The position numbers and the translations under genes are program-made. From a candidate division WOR-3 bacterium (GTDB taxonomy: Bacteria > Hydrothermota > Tepidihabitantia > SM23-42 > JAOAFX01), in NCBI GenBank assembly GCA_037444665.1, contig JBBILZ010000039.1, forward strand, positions 1-22,929: DNA of 22,929 nt, in the 5' to 3' direction. Of this stretch, positions 1 to 8,523 are shown piece after piece. Below the pieces are notes generated by a model, which was not told where the DNA came from, searched no databases, and was given only the letters and a program-made list of their open reading frames with translations. Numbering within the stretch: the first letter of the stretch is position 1; every line of letters begins with the position of its first letter.

Positions 1-1435
1 CAATGATTGATGCACCAAGGGCAAATGTTTTGGTATAGGCAAGCGGTTTGAATAACTTGCCTTCCTGTCCTTGAAGGGCAAAGACCGGTATGAATGAGAT
101 GATGGTGCTCAGGATTCCCGTAACAATTGCCGGACCTACTTCTTTGGCAGCATCGCGTAATAAATCAAATCTGTTTTTATCTTTATAAATAACCGAATGG
201 CGATGGATATTCTCGGTCATTACAATACCTGCATCCACGAGTGTGCCAATGGCAATAGCGATGCCACCCAAGGACATTATGTTTGAATCTATTTTTAAAA
301 TATACATAACAATAAAAGAAATGAGAACCGCAACTGGTAAGCCGAGAGAAATAACAAAGGCAGAACGAAGATGGCCAAGCAGGAGTATTACAACAATAAT
401 ACAGAAGATTATCTCTTGTATCAATGTCTCTTTGAGTGTCTCGATCACCCGATTGACAAGTTCGGTTCGGTCATAGAATGGCACAATCTTCACACCCGGA
501 GGCAAGCCCGGGCTCAATTCTATTATCTTCTCTTTTACTTTCTTTATCACCTTTAAAGGATTCTCTTTATATCGGACAATGACTACCCCACCAACAACCT
601 CTTTTCCTGCCTTATCAAGTGCCCCACGCCGGAATTCAGGTCCAATGCTTATACGCGCAATGTTTTTTAAATATACTGGTGTGCCGTCTTTTACACCCAC
701 ACTAATATTTTTTAAGTCCTCAACTGAACGGATAAAGCCCTTTCCCCGAATAATGTATTCAATCCCACCCCGCTCAATGACCTTTGCACCAACATCAATG
801 TTTGAATTTCTTACGGCATTAAAGACATCTGAGAATCTTATTCCATAAGTTGCAAGTTTATTGGGGTCCACATCTATCTGATATTGTTTTACAAAACCAC
901 CAACCGAGGCAACTTCAGAGACACCTTCTACAGATTGTAACTGGTACTTGATATAGAAATCCTGGATTGAACGGAGCTGGGCAAGTGAATAACCATCGCC
1001 TTCTACTGTATACCAGAAGACCTGACCAAGGCCTGTAGCATCAGGACCTAATGACGGGGTTACACCCTGTGGAAGAATCTTTGATGCCTCCTGTAGTTTT
1101 TCAATGAGCCTGGTGCGTGCCCAGTAGAAGTCTATGTTATCCTTGAACACAACATAGACCATTGAAAAACCAAACTCGCTTGAAGCCCTTATGGTCTTGA
1201 CACCCGGGATACCCTGGAGTTTTGTTGATAATGGATAGGTGATTTGATCTTCAATTGTGAGTGCATCCCTTCCGGGCCAGTCCACAAAAACAATCTGCTG
1301 GTTCTCACCAATATCCGGGATTGCATCAACTGGGATATTTTTTATTGCCTCAAAGCCGGTGATTACTACAATCATTGTAATCACCAGAACGAGGAATCTA
1401 TTATTGAGGCACCAATTGATAAAATATGCTATCAA
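1..1435 (-). CDS. cusA: CusA/CzcA-family heavy-metal RND efflux permease (3' part runs off the window)
   Basis: Absent from the ORF track; translated by hand from TTG at 1435: MIAYFINWCLNNRFLVLVITMIVV...IPVDAIPDIGENQQIVFVDWPGR...IEDQITYPLS...FGFSMVYVVF...YWARTRL...LGPDATGLGQVFWYTV; window edge reads FIPVFALQGQEGKLFKPLAYTKTF. Starts 3 nt after the adaptor stop. Confidence 0.95.
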   Translation of the reverse strand, partial: MIAYFINWCLNNRFLVLVITMIVVITGFEAIKNIPVDAIPDIGENQQIVFVDWPGRDALTIEDQITYPLSTKLQGIPGVKTIRASSEFGFSMVYVVFKDNIDFYWARTRLIEKLQEASKILPQGVTPSLGPDATGLGQVFWYTVEGDGYSLAQLRSIQDFYIKYQLQSVEGVSEVASVGGFVKQYQIDVDPNKLATYGIRFSDVFNAVRNSNIDVGAKVIERGGIEYIIRGKGFIRSVEDLKNISVGVKDGTPVYLKNIARISIGPEFRRGALDKAGKEVVGGVVIVRYKENPLKVIKKVKEKIIELSPGLPPGVKIVPFYDRTELVNRVIETLKETLIQEIIFCIIVVILLLGHLRSAFVISLGLPVAVLISFIVMYILKIDSNIMSLGGIAIAIGTLVDAGIVMTENIHRHSVIYKDKNRFDLLRDAAKEVGPAIVTGILSTIISFIPVFALQGQEGKLFKPLAYTKTFALGASII

Positions 1436-1438
1436 TTT

Positions 1439-2695
1439 TTAGTGATTATGTGGTGTGCGCACTTTATCACTTTCTTTAATCTCCTGGGCAGAGCCGTATA
1501 ACAATGATTGTCCACCAGCAAGTGTTGTCTGTGAATCAAGCAAAAAATTCCCTTCTGCTACAACCATCTCGCCTTCTTTTAATCCGCTTAGCACCTGGAC
1601 ATATTCATCGGTCTCAATGCCCGAGGTGACATTTCTTATTTCATAAGTTCCCGGGCTCTTTTCCACATAGACAACCTTTCTCTTTCCTGTATCAATCAAT
1701 GAAGAATATGGAATTGATAAAATTTTTCCCAACACAATCTCAATGATGGCTTCACCATACATCTCAGAAAAAAGATTTACCCCGGGATAGTTGATAATTA
1801 TGCGCGCCTTTGCACTCCGGGTCTGGGGATTAATCTGTGGTTCAATCGCCATAACAATACCTGAGATTTCTTTATCTGGATACGCAGAAAATTTTATATT
1901 CGCCTTTACCCCTGGCTTCACAAGTGGAATATCCTGTTCATATAACTCAGCAATTAGCCAGGCACGATGGGGATTAGGAATGAGCAGAGATTTATCTATG
2001 GTCTTTTGAGCAATCATTTGCTCTATTGTCTCCTGAGAGAAACCTAACAACTTCAATTTTAAGATTGTCGCATCAAGTAGTTCACTGTTTCCCTGTCGAG
2101 CAGAAACAAGTTCCTGCTGGAGCAGATACAACTCCTCATCCTTGCTAATCCTTGCCGGCAACTGCACCTTTTTCACCAATTGTCTCTTTTCAACAGGTGT
2201 GGTCTTTATGCCCATCAATGCCAATTTCTCTTTATCAACTACAATACGATTTTCACTCCCTTTATAAACTGGTATCAATTCCATACCACAGATAGGGCAT
2301 TTACCGGGCTTATCCGAACGAACCGAGGGGTGCATTGAACAGGTATAATAAATAATTTCTGTAGTATCACCCTGGACCTTAGAACTCTCACTCTGGACTT
2401 GTTTCAGATGTTCTTTTATTGTATCTGGTGGACTCTCCTTTAAATACTTTTGTGGTTCTTTAAGGAATTGTTTATCACATCCTGGGCAGCAGAAATAATA
2501 TCTCTTTCCCTGGTAGTCCACAAATGGTGTATGTTTTGTAATTTTGAATTTTTCACCAGTGACCGGGCAGATTACCTCCTTGCCAATATCAGAGACAGGA
2601 ATCTTTGTCTTTCCATTATTGGCGCAGGCGACTAAAAGTATCACGGCGATCAAAAGAGAGAATAAAACCGCATAGATGTATCTAATGCTTTTCAT
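1439..2695 (-). CDS. cusB: CusB-like RND periplasmic adaptor, lipoprotein with N-terminal YHS domain and heavy-metal-binding domain
   Basis: Lipobox LLVAC; YHS-like CPVTG...YQGKRYYFCCPGC; HMBD YTCSMHP...PGKCPICGMEL; adaptor beta-barrel WLIAELYEQD...PQINPQTRS and C-terminal GLKEGEMVVAEGNFLLDS. Start moved from 2758 to ATG 2695, which has GGAGG 5 nt upstream and lies downstream of the ECF motif. Confidence 0.9.
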   Translation of the reverse strand: MKSIRYIYAVLFSLLIAVILLVACANNGKTKIPVSDIGKEVICPVTGEKFKITKHTPFVDYQGKRYYFCCPGCDKQFLKEPQKYLKESPPDTIKEHLKQVQSESSKVQGDTTEIIYYTCSMHPSVRSDKPGKCPICGMELIPVYKGSENRIVVDKEKLALMGIKTTPVEKRQLVKKVQLPARISKDEELYLLQQELVSARQGNSELLDATILKLKLLGFSQETIEQMIAQKTIDKSLLIPNPHRAWLIAELYEQDIPLVKPGVKANIKFSAYPDKEISGIVMAIEPQINPQTRSAKARIIINYPGVNLFSEMYGEAIIEIVLGKILSIPYSSLIDTGKRKVVYVEKSPGTYEIRNVTSGIETDEYVQVLSGLKEGEMVVAEGNFLLDSQTTLAGGQSLLYGSAQEIKESDKVRTPHNH

Positions 2696-2717
2696 TATGA
2701 CCTCCATCAACAATAAA

Positions 2718-2742
2718 GACGCAAGAATGGCAAAATAGTTAC
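2718..2742 (-). promoter_or_regulatory. Putative ECF-sigma promoter for cusBA (GTAAC-N16-CGTC)
   Basis: Minus strand cGTAAC tattttgccattcttg CGTCtttattgttgatgg; same motif at 4447-4471 and 6035-6059. Confidence 0.75.
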
Positions 2743-2826
2743 GGTTGAGTCTTAGCACATAGGTTTTCCAGGGCTTCGTTTATCATTTTACAGGTTTGCT
2801 GCCCGTATCGTAAACAAGGGTTATCA

Positions 2827-3054
2827 CCCGGATTATTCATACTATTTTTGGCTAAATTCGCTCCGGTGCAGTCCCAGAGCGATTCCACAGCACTTTTCAG
2901 CAAGAAAAATTTTTGACACTCTGTTTTTTTTCTTTTTGTCATTGCGAGGAGCGAAGCGACGAAGCAATCTCATCTGTTATTGCACAGTTCAGGGATTGCC
3001 ACGCCCTTGCCTTCGGCAAGGGCTCGCAATGACATTGAATATGAATAATGCAGG
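2827..3054. mobile_element. 228-bp MITE-like element with IS1380-like terminal IRs, 4-bp target duplication and internal REP-type palindrome
   Basis: Left end CCCGGATTATTCATA (2827-2841) and right end TATGAATAATGCAGG (3040-3054) form a 13/15 inverted match; ATCA flanks both sides (2823-2826, 3055-3058). Internal GTCATTGCGAG...CTCGCAATGAC palindrome at ~2938-3033. Related copy at 21436-21661. Confidence 0.8.
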
Positions 3055-3170
3055 ATCAAGGGCTCTCAGGGATGGGAGAATATGTGGATTTGAAGTTGAG
3101 TGGTTGCGTGGATAGGAGAAGATGAGTAAGTAGCCCGCCTTAAAAAGGCGAGAGTTCTCGTTAAAAAGAC

Positions 3171-3205
3171 AGTAGGTAGTAAGTAGTATGTAGTAGGTAA
3201 TAGGT
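3171..3205 (+). repeat. Degenerate 7-bp tandem repeat (AGTAGGT/AGTAAGT/AGTATGT) x5
   Basis: agtaggt agtaagt agtatgt agtaggt aataggt; the same unit variants occur on the minus strand at 10991-11015. Confidence 0.7.
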
Positions 3206-3245
3206 GTAATAAGCGAAAGAAACCAGAAAGACTAAAAGAGATGGA

Positions 3246-4436
3246 TTACTCGGGCAGAAAATTTATACCCGTAATTTCTTCCAGTTCCGCAATGGTTATA
3301 GCATAATTAAGCAATGTTCTTTGAAGTTCTATCTTCTCTTCAAAGAGCATCTTCTGTGTTTCAAGCACAGTCATAATATCAACTCTGTTTATTTCATAGG
3401 CAGCCATCGCTGACACAAGTGCGGATTCAAAATTAGGGATGATTGAAGTTTCATAGAGTCTGATTTTTCTTTTATTGTTTTCCAGCATTATACTCAATTC
3501 TTTTATCCGATTCATAATCTCATTCTCCATTACATTATATTCTTTTTCTGCCATTTTTAATTCTTGGTCCATTTCTGCTACCATACTCTTTTGTTTAGAC
3601 CAGAACCAGAGGGGTATGGTCAAACCAAACATTATTTTATAATTTTCAAATTCCATTCTTTCTAATCCATACCTTATCATAAAATCGGGCAGATATTCCT
3701 GCCTTGCAAGAGTAAGGTTTATCTTTGCCTTATCTTCTTTCCATTGGTAAGATTTTAGCAGTGAACTATGACTTCTTGCCAGTTGATAGAGTGAATCAAT
3801 CCCTGGTATAAATGGTTTGACCAGTGATTGCAGTTGAATCTCAAATTCTTTATCAATCGGGCGATTGATGAGTCTATTCAATGCGGTTATTAAAACAATC
3901 TTTTCATTCTTCAAGTCCTGGATTTCATTATCAAGTTTTACCAGCACAGTCTGGGTATGGATAACATCTACCTGTGTAACACGGTTTAGACGATAATTGT
4001 GGTTAGCAATTATTGAGAGTTGTTCAAGAATCTTTTTTTGTTTTTCCAATATCTCCAATTCTTTTTGAACAAGATACAATTGAGCATAATTTTCCTTAAT
4101 CTCTTTAATCACACGATTTACCACTGAATAATAATCTGCAAAAATTTCTTCTGCTTCAGTTCGGGCATACCTTGTTCTATAACTCAATTTTGTGGGAAAT
4201 GGAATCTCCTGGGTGATTGAATACATCTCCATATCCATACCAAATTCTACTGCGAGCCAGGGGGCGGGTAGATATCGCATTAATGGGGTTCTTTTTAATG
4301 CTGCTTCATACCTTGATTTTGCCGCACTGATTTCAGGATTATTGGTAAATGCAGAGTCAATCAGGTCATTCAAACCCAGTGATTCGGCAAAAGAAATATT
4401 TATAGTCAAGACAAATAACATTAAGTTTCTTACCAT
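3246..4436 (-). CDS. TolC/CusC-family outer membrane efflux protein
   Basis: Signal peptide MVRNLMLFVLTINISFA; NNPEISAA, SITQEIPFPTK, GLTIPLW and helical OEP repeats; upstream of cusBA. Start moved from 4502 to ATG 4436 because the ECF motif lies inside the longer ORF. Confidence 0.88.
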   Translation of the reverse strand: MVRNLMLFVLTINISFAESLGLNDLIDSAFTNNPEISAAKSRYEAALKRTPLMRYLPAPWLAVEFGMDMEMYSITQEIPFPTKLSYRTRYARTEAEEIFADYYSVVNRVIKEIKENYAQLYLVQKELEILEKQKKILEQLSIIANHNYRLNRVTQVDVIHTQTVLVKLDNEIQDLKNEKIVLITALNRLINRPIDKEFEIQLQSLVKPFIPGIDSLYQLARSHSSLLKSYQWKEDKAKINLTLARQEYLPDFMIRYGLERMEFENYKIMFGLTIPLWFWSKQKSMVAEMDQELKMAEKEYNVMENEIMNRIKELSIMLENNKRKIRLYETSIIPNFESALVSAMAAYEINRVDIMTVLETQKMLFEEKIELQRTLLNYAITIAELEEITGINFLPE

Positions 4437-4446
4437 CAATAATAAA

Positions 4447-4471
4447 GACGGAATTATGCCAGAATGGTTAC
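4447..4471 (-). promoter_or_regulatory. Putative ECF-sigma promoter for the TolC gene (GTAAC-N16-CGTC)
   Basis: Minus strand cGTAAC cattctggcataattc CGTCtttattattgATG. Confidence 0.75.
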
Positions 4472-4580
4472 GAACATCCCTAATCTTCTCCCTGATTTTC
4501 ATCAGGATGGACTTTAGATGGACGATTTTTGATAAAAGGCGAACGCCTTAACTCCAAAAAAATTCGTCCAGAACTTTTTC

Positions 4581-4604
4581 CATCCAGTTGAAACTGGATG
4601 CTAC
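4581..4604 (-). repeat. GTAG-type REP palindrome, within a larger imperfect inverted repeat (~4505-4586)
   Basis: Minus strand GTAG CATCCAG TTTCAA CTGGATG; nearby tggacga/tcgtcca and ggatgg/ccatcc arms. Confidence 0.6.
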
Positions 4605-4700
4605 AACAGAGATATAAAAAACCCGAATGAGTCGTTTATCGTTGGACGGTTTTGTTGCCTGTATCGGCAATTTGGTTAAGTGGTAACTATAGAATACAAT

Positions 4701-5489
4701 CTACCAGCAGGTGCAGGAATCACCACATTCCGGACAGGGTGAGACCTTATCGCCACTTTTCAGTCTATTTTCAAGACACTGGCAACGCTTCTGGCAGATA
4801 TCCAGTGCCCGATTTATTAAAACTGTATCACAAGCACAGGCGATAGTTTTGATATCTTTGAGGATTTTTATCTGGGCATCGTTTATATCCGCAATGTGCT
4901 TATAAAGTTTGAATGCCTTTTCTTCATACACTGATTCAATTAAGCGATACGCACGCTCAGTCTGCTCAAGCATTGAATTGAGCAATCTTTCATCAACTTT
5001 TTTATCTCGGTTGAAGGTATAACTCAATTCACCTGCCCGGCGGTCAGCAAATTTGATATGGAGTTCTACCCTGCCTTCTTTTTCAATGGTCAGTGCATAA
5101 TAGATTTTTTCTGAAAATCTTTTGACCGGGTATAATAGTTCACCGGGCATACTCCGGGCACTGATTGAAAGACCACCACCAATAATAGCAATAATTAATA
5201 ATACAATTGCAAAGGCACGTATGAATGTGGGTTGAAAAACGAAGAACCTTTTAAAGAATGGTAGTTTTTCCTCTTTTTCATATATCGTTTTTGCCTGGAT
5301 GATTGCCCGGGCAATTGAGTCCTGTTCAGGCAGAGGTCTGGGCATTTTATTCATCCGCCTGGCAATCAATAAAAGGGCACTGAGTTCTTCAGCATAATCA
5401 GGATATTCTTTTAAAATTTCTTCAATATCCTTACCTTGCCTGATCTGTTCAATTGCTCTGTCCAGAATATCCTCAATCTTTAATTTCAT
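4701..5489 (-). CDS. Putative anti-sigma factor: cytoplasmic N-domain, single TM, DUF5667-like domain, Cys-rich C-terminal tail
   Basis: Overlaps the ECF sigma stop; TM FAIVLLIIAIIGGGLSISA; SMPGELLYPVKRFSE resembles DUF5667; 9 Cys in the last 45 residues. Start could be 5495 or 5489. Confidence 0.75.
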   Translation of the reverse strand: MKLKIEDILDRAIEQIRQGKDIEEILKEYPDYAEELSALLLIARRMNKMPRPLPEQDSIARAIIQAKTIYEKEEKLPFFKRFFVFQPTFIRAFAIVLLIIAIIGGGLSISARSMPGELLYPVKRFSEKIYYALTIEKEGRVELHIKFADRRAGELSYTFNRDKKVDERLLNSMLEQTERAYRLIESVYEEKAFKLYKHIADINDAQIKILKDIKTIACACDTVLINRALDICQKRCQCLENRLKSGDKVSPCPECGDSCTCW

Positions 5490-6051
5490 AACCATTTTTC
5501 CTGAAATAATCCCTTAATGCCTTTAATGCCCGGTATTGTAGAACCTTAACTGCACCAACTGACTTACCCATTATTCTTGCTATTTCAGCATTATCATATT
5601 CCTGAATAAATTTTAATGTTATCACATCTGCCTGCTCTTTTGTCAAATGACCTATTGCTTCTTTCAATCTATCAATCCTTAAAATTTCTTTAGGTTCCTC
5701 TTCTGCAGGTATTTCCTGAGAAAGATTTTCATAACTTATCTCTTCTTTTGTCTTCTCTTTACGATAATAATCAATCAATGTATTCCTTGCAATTCTGTAA
5801 ATCCAGGCAATAAAATTGCCGTGTTGTTTTTTTAGCGCCTTGACCATTTTTATCATTACCTCGCTCGTTAGGTCTTCTGCATCGTCTTTGTTTCTAACAC
5901 GGTAATACAGATAGTGATATACCTTAACATAGACGCTCCGACACATTTTGTCAAATGCCTCAAGGTTTCCATTCTTAGCCTCAATAAGAAGTTTATTAAA
6001 CTCGTTGTCATTAATCTCTCCTTCTGTATATAAAGACTGAATTTCTGGCAT
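5473..6051 (-). CDS. ECF-family RNA polymerase sigma-70 factor
   Basis: Region 2: DAEDLTSEVMIK, FIAWIYRIARNTLIDYYRK; region 4: LTKEQADVITLKF...EIARIMGKSVGAVKVLQYRALKALR. Start position uncertain (see findings). Confidence 0.95.
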   Translation of the reverse strand: MPEIQSLYTEGEINDNEFNKLLIEAKNGNLEAFDKMCRSVYVKVYHYLYYRVRNKDDAEDLTSEVMIKMVKALKKQHGNFIAWIYRIARNTLIDYYRKEKTKEEISYENLSQEIPAEEEPKEILRIDRLKEAIGHLTKEQADVITLKFIQEYDNAEIARIMGKSVGAVKVLQYRALKALRDYFRKNGYEIKD

Positions 6052-6059
6052 TAAGTTAC
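6035..6059 (-). promoter_or_regulatory. Putative autoregulatory ECF promoter (GTAAC-N16-AGTC)
   Basis: Minus strand aGTAAC ttaatgccagaaattc AGTCtttatat; overlaps ATG 6051. Confidence 0.6.
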
Positions 6060-6174
6060 TCTGAAAATTATCACATTAATCATAGATGCTTTATCCGTTT
6101 TTAATTTCCCCAATTAAAGAGCTGGATTGAATAAGCGATTCTATAATCAAAATTTAATATTTCGTCCATAGTTT

Positions 6175-6202
6175 ATTTTATTCAAATTCTGATTTAGTTC
6201 AA
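6175..6202 (-). promoter_or_regulatory. Possible housekeeping sigma70 promoter for the ECF operon
   Basis: TTGAAC-N16-TAAAAT on the minus strand. Confidence 0.4.
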
Positions 6203-6233
6203 GGTTCAACACACAATGCTAATGAAATTTTCC

Positions 6234-6261
6234 TTGACACAGTTCATTTTTTGAATATAAT
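6234..6261 (+). promoter_or_regulatory. Sigma70 promoter of the oxidoreductase operon
   Basis: TTGACA-N16-TATAAT, 9 nt before ATG 6271. Confidence 0.75.
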
Positions 6262-6270
6262 AGCCCATAT

Positions 6271-6474
6271 ATGTCAGTTTCCACCCAAAAATTTTTAGTG
6301 AAAATTAATGAAACCTGGTGTAAGGGATGCGAAATCTGTGTTGCCTTCTGCCCTAAAAAAGTACTGATTATGGAAAAGGCAAAGGCAAAGGTTGCAAATC
6401 CTGAAGCCTGCACCGGGTGCCAATTATGTGAAATCTATTGTCCTGATTTTGCAATTGAGGTTGAGAAGATATGA
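6271..6474 (+). CDS. korD: 2x[4Fe-4S] ferredoxin, delta subunit of 2-oxoacid:ferredoxin oxidoreductase
   Basis: CKGCEICVAFCP and CTGCQLCEIYCPDFAI; first gene of the operon. Confidence 0.88.
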   Translation: MSVSTQKFLVKINETWCKGCEICVAFCPKKVLIMEKAKAKVANPEACTGCQLCEIYCPDFAIEVEKI

Positions 6475-6530
6475 GGATATCAGGATATCAGGGTATCAGG
6501 GGAGCAGGGAATCAGGGAATCAAGTGAGCA
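6475..6530 (+). repeat. Degenerate 8-bp tandem repeat x7
   Basis: ggatatca ggatatca gggtatca ggggagca gggaatca gggaatca agtgagca, filling the korD-korA gap. Confidence 0.75.
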
Positions 6531-6539
6531 GACGATATT

Positions 6540-7682
6540 ATGAAAGACTCAGAGCATAAGAGAATAAAGATAATGACGGGCAATGAAGCCTGTGCTGAGG
6601 CTGCGATTATTGCTGGCATGCGTTTCTTTGCTGGTTATCCAATTACGCCTTCATCTGAAATTGCTGAGATACTGTCAAAAAGATTACCAGAGATTGGTGG
6701 TGTATTTATCCAGATGGAGGACGAGATTGCCTCAATGGGTGCTTTAATTGGTGCTTCTTTAGCTGGTTTAAAATCAATGACCGCAACGAGTGGTCCGGGG
6801 TTCTCTTTAATGCAGGAAAATATAGGTTATGCATCAATGGCTGAAGTTCCGGTGGTCGTGGTCAATGTTCAGCGTGGAGGACCGAGCACCGGTTTGCCAA
6901 CACTACCATCCCAGGCAGATGTAATGCAGGCAAGGTGGGGAACCCATGGTGACCATCCGGTCATTGCGGTTTCACCAGCCACGGTTCAGGATACTTATGA
7001 ATGGACAATCAAGGCATTTAACTTTTCGGAAAGATATCGGGTTCCCGCAATTATTTTATTAGATGAGATTGTGGCGCATCTTAATGAAAAGGTTATTGTT
7101 CCTGATAAAAATGAGATTGAGATTGTTAATAGATTTCTTACGATCGACCCTCCGGAAAAGTTCGTTCCCTACAAATTTACAGAATCAGACATTCCACCGA
7201 TTGCCCATTATGGGACTGGCTATCGGTTCAATGTTACAGGTTTGAGCCACGATGAAACAGGTTTTCCTACTAACGACCCGAAGAAGATTGATGCCCTGTA
7301 TCGTAGAATAAACCGTAAGATTGAAAGATATAAAAATGAGATAATTGCATATAAAACAGAATTTCTTGATGATGCAGATATCTGTCTTGTTTCCTATGGT
7401 TCAAGTGCCCGTTCTGCAAAAAGGGCAATGCGTGAGGCAAGGACGATGGGTATCAAAGTTGGTCTATTTCAGATATTTGTGCTCTGGCCATTTCCATATC
7501 AGGCACTTTCAGAATTTTCAAATCATATCAAAAAATTTATTGTCCCGGAAATGAATTTAGGACAGGTTGCCCATGAGGTTGACTGTGCAACAAGAAAAGA
7601 ATCTGTAAAAGTGAATAGGGTTGATGGTAGTCCTCTCACACCCGGAGAGATACTGGAGCAGATAAAAAATGTTTCCTTATAA
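6540..7682 (+). CDS. korA: 2-oxoacid:ferredoxin oxidoreductase alpha subunit (2-oxoglutarate type likely)
   Basis: GNEA, FFAGYPITPSSE, QMEDEIAS, TATSGPGFSLMQE, QRGGPSTGLPT, VPEMNLGQ. Confidence 0.93.
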   Translation: MKDSEHKRIKIMTGNEACAEAAIIAGMRFFAGYPITPSSEIAEILSKRLPEIGGVFIQMEDEIASMGALIGASLAGLKSMTATSGPGFSLMQENIGYASMAEVPVVVVNVQRGGPSTGLPTLPSQADVMQARWGTHGDHPVIAVSPATVQDTYEWTIKAFNFSERYRVPAIILLDEIVAHLNEKVIVPDKNEIEIVNRFLTIDPPEKFVPYKFTESDIPPIAHYGTGYRFNVTGLSHDETGFPTNDPKKIDALYRRINRKIERYKNEIIAYKTEFLDDADICLVSYGSSARSAKRAMREARTMGIKVGLFQIFVLWPFPYQALSEFSNHIKKFIVPEMNLGQVAHEVDCATRKESVKVNRVDGSPLTPGEILEQIKNVSL

Positions 7683-8502
7683 AAAATATTTAAGGCTTGA
7701 TAAATTCCCTCACATCTGGTGCACTGGTTGTGGCTGTGGTATTATAATGAAGGCAATGCTCAGGGCGATTGACCGGGCAAAGATTCAAAAAGATGATGTT
7801 GCAATTGTATCGGGTATTGGTTGCTCTTCCCGAACACCCGGCTATATGGATTTCAATACCCTTCATACCCATCATGGCAGGGCAATTGCCTTTGCCACAG
7901 GTTTGAAACTTGCCAAACCGAAACTAAAGGTCATTGTTGTTACGGGTGATGGTGATGCTACAGCGATTGGTGGGAATCATTTTATCCACGCAGCAAGAAG
8001 GAATCTTGATATGACGGTGCTTCTTTATAATAACCACATCTATGGTATGACCGGTGGTCAGGTATCTCCCACCACCCCTTTCGGAAAAAAGGCGAGCACC
8101 GCACCCTATGGTAGTGCTGAGCCGGATTTTGATATTTCCAACCTCGCTATTGCTGCAGGTGCATCATTTGTTGCCCGTTCAACCTGTTATCATGCTACAC
8201 AACTTGATAAACTTATTGAAAAGGCATTGCAGAAAAAAGGATTTTCTTTAATTGAAGTATTGTCGCCCTGCCCAACATATTATGGTCGTCCCAATCGTCT
8301 GGGTAATGCAGTGGATATGCTCAAATTTTACAAAGAGAACAGTATCCCAGTAGAGACTGCAAGAAAGCTGTCTGAGGAAGAAAGAAAAGGTAAGATTACT
8401 ATCGGTGTGCTCCATGATATTGTGCGACCGGAATTCTGTGAAGAGTATCAGAAATTAGTAGAAAGGGTTTGTGAGAAAAAAAAACCAATTAGCAATTTAT
8501 GA
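7669..8502 (+). CDS. korB: 2-oxoacid:ferredoxin oxidoreductase beta subunit (TPP-binding)
   Basis: WCTGCG, VSGIGCSSR, GDGD...IGGNHFIHAARRN, NNHIYGMTGGQ, SPCPT. Confidence 0.93.
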   Translation: MFPYKKYLRLDKFPHIWCTGCGCGIIMKAMLRAIDRAKIQKDDVAIVSGIGCSSRTPGYMDFNTLHTHHGRAIAFATGLKLAKPKLKVIVVTGDGDATAIGGNHFIHAARRNLDMTVLLYNNHIYGMTGGQVSPTTPFGKKASTAPYGSAEPDFDISNLAIAAGASFVARSTCYHATQLDKLIEKALQKKGFSLIEVLSPCPTYYGRPNRLGNAVDMLKFYKENSIPVETARKLSEEERKGKITIGVLHDIVRPEFCEEYQKLVERVCEKKKPISNL

Positions 8503-8523
8503 AATTACATTAAAGGAGGCACT

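Noticed and set aside
243..1646. Short plus-strand ORFs over cusA/cusB, and similar antisense ORFs within kor, the peptidase and the activator
   Set aside because: Shadow frames of well-supported genes, with no motifs or SD.
2739..2942. 67-aa ORF
   Set aside because: Lies mostly inside the MITE; it is a translation of repeat DNA.
6101..6169. 22-codon minus-strand ORF upstream of the ECF sigma
   Set aside because: No SD or informative residues; cannot be told from chance.
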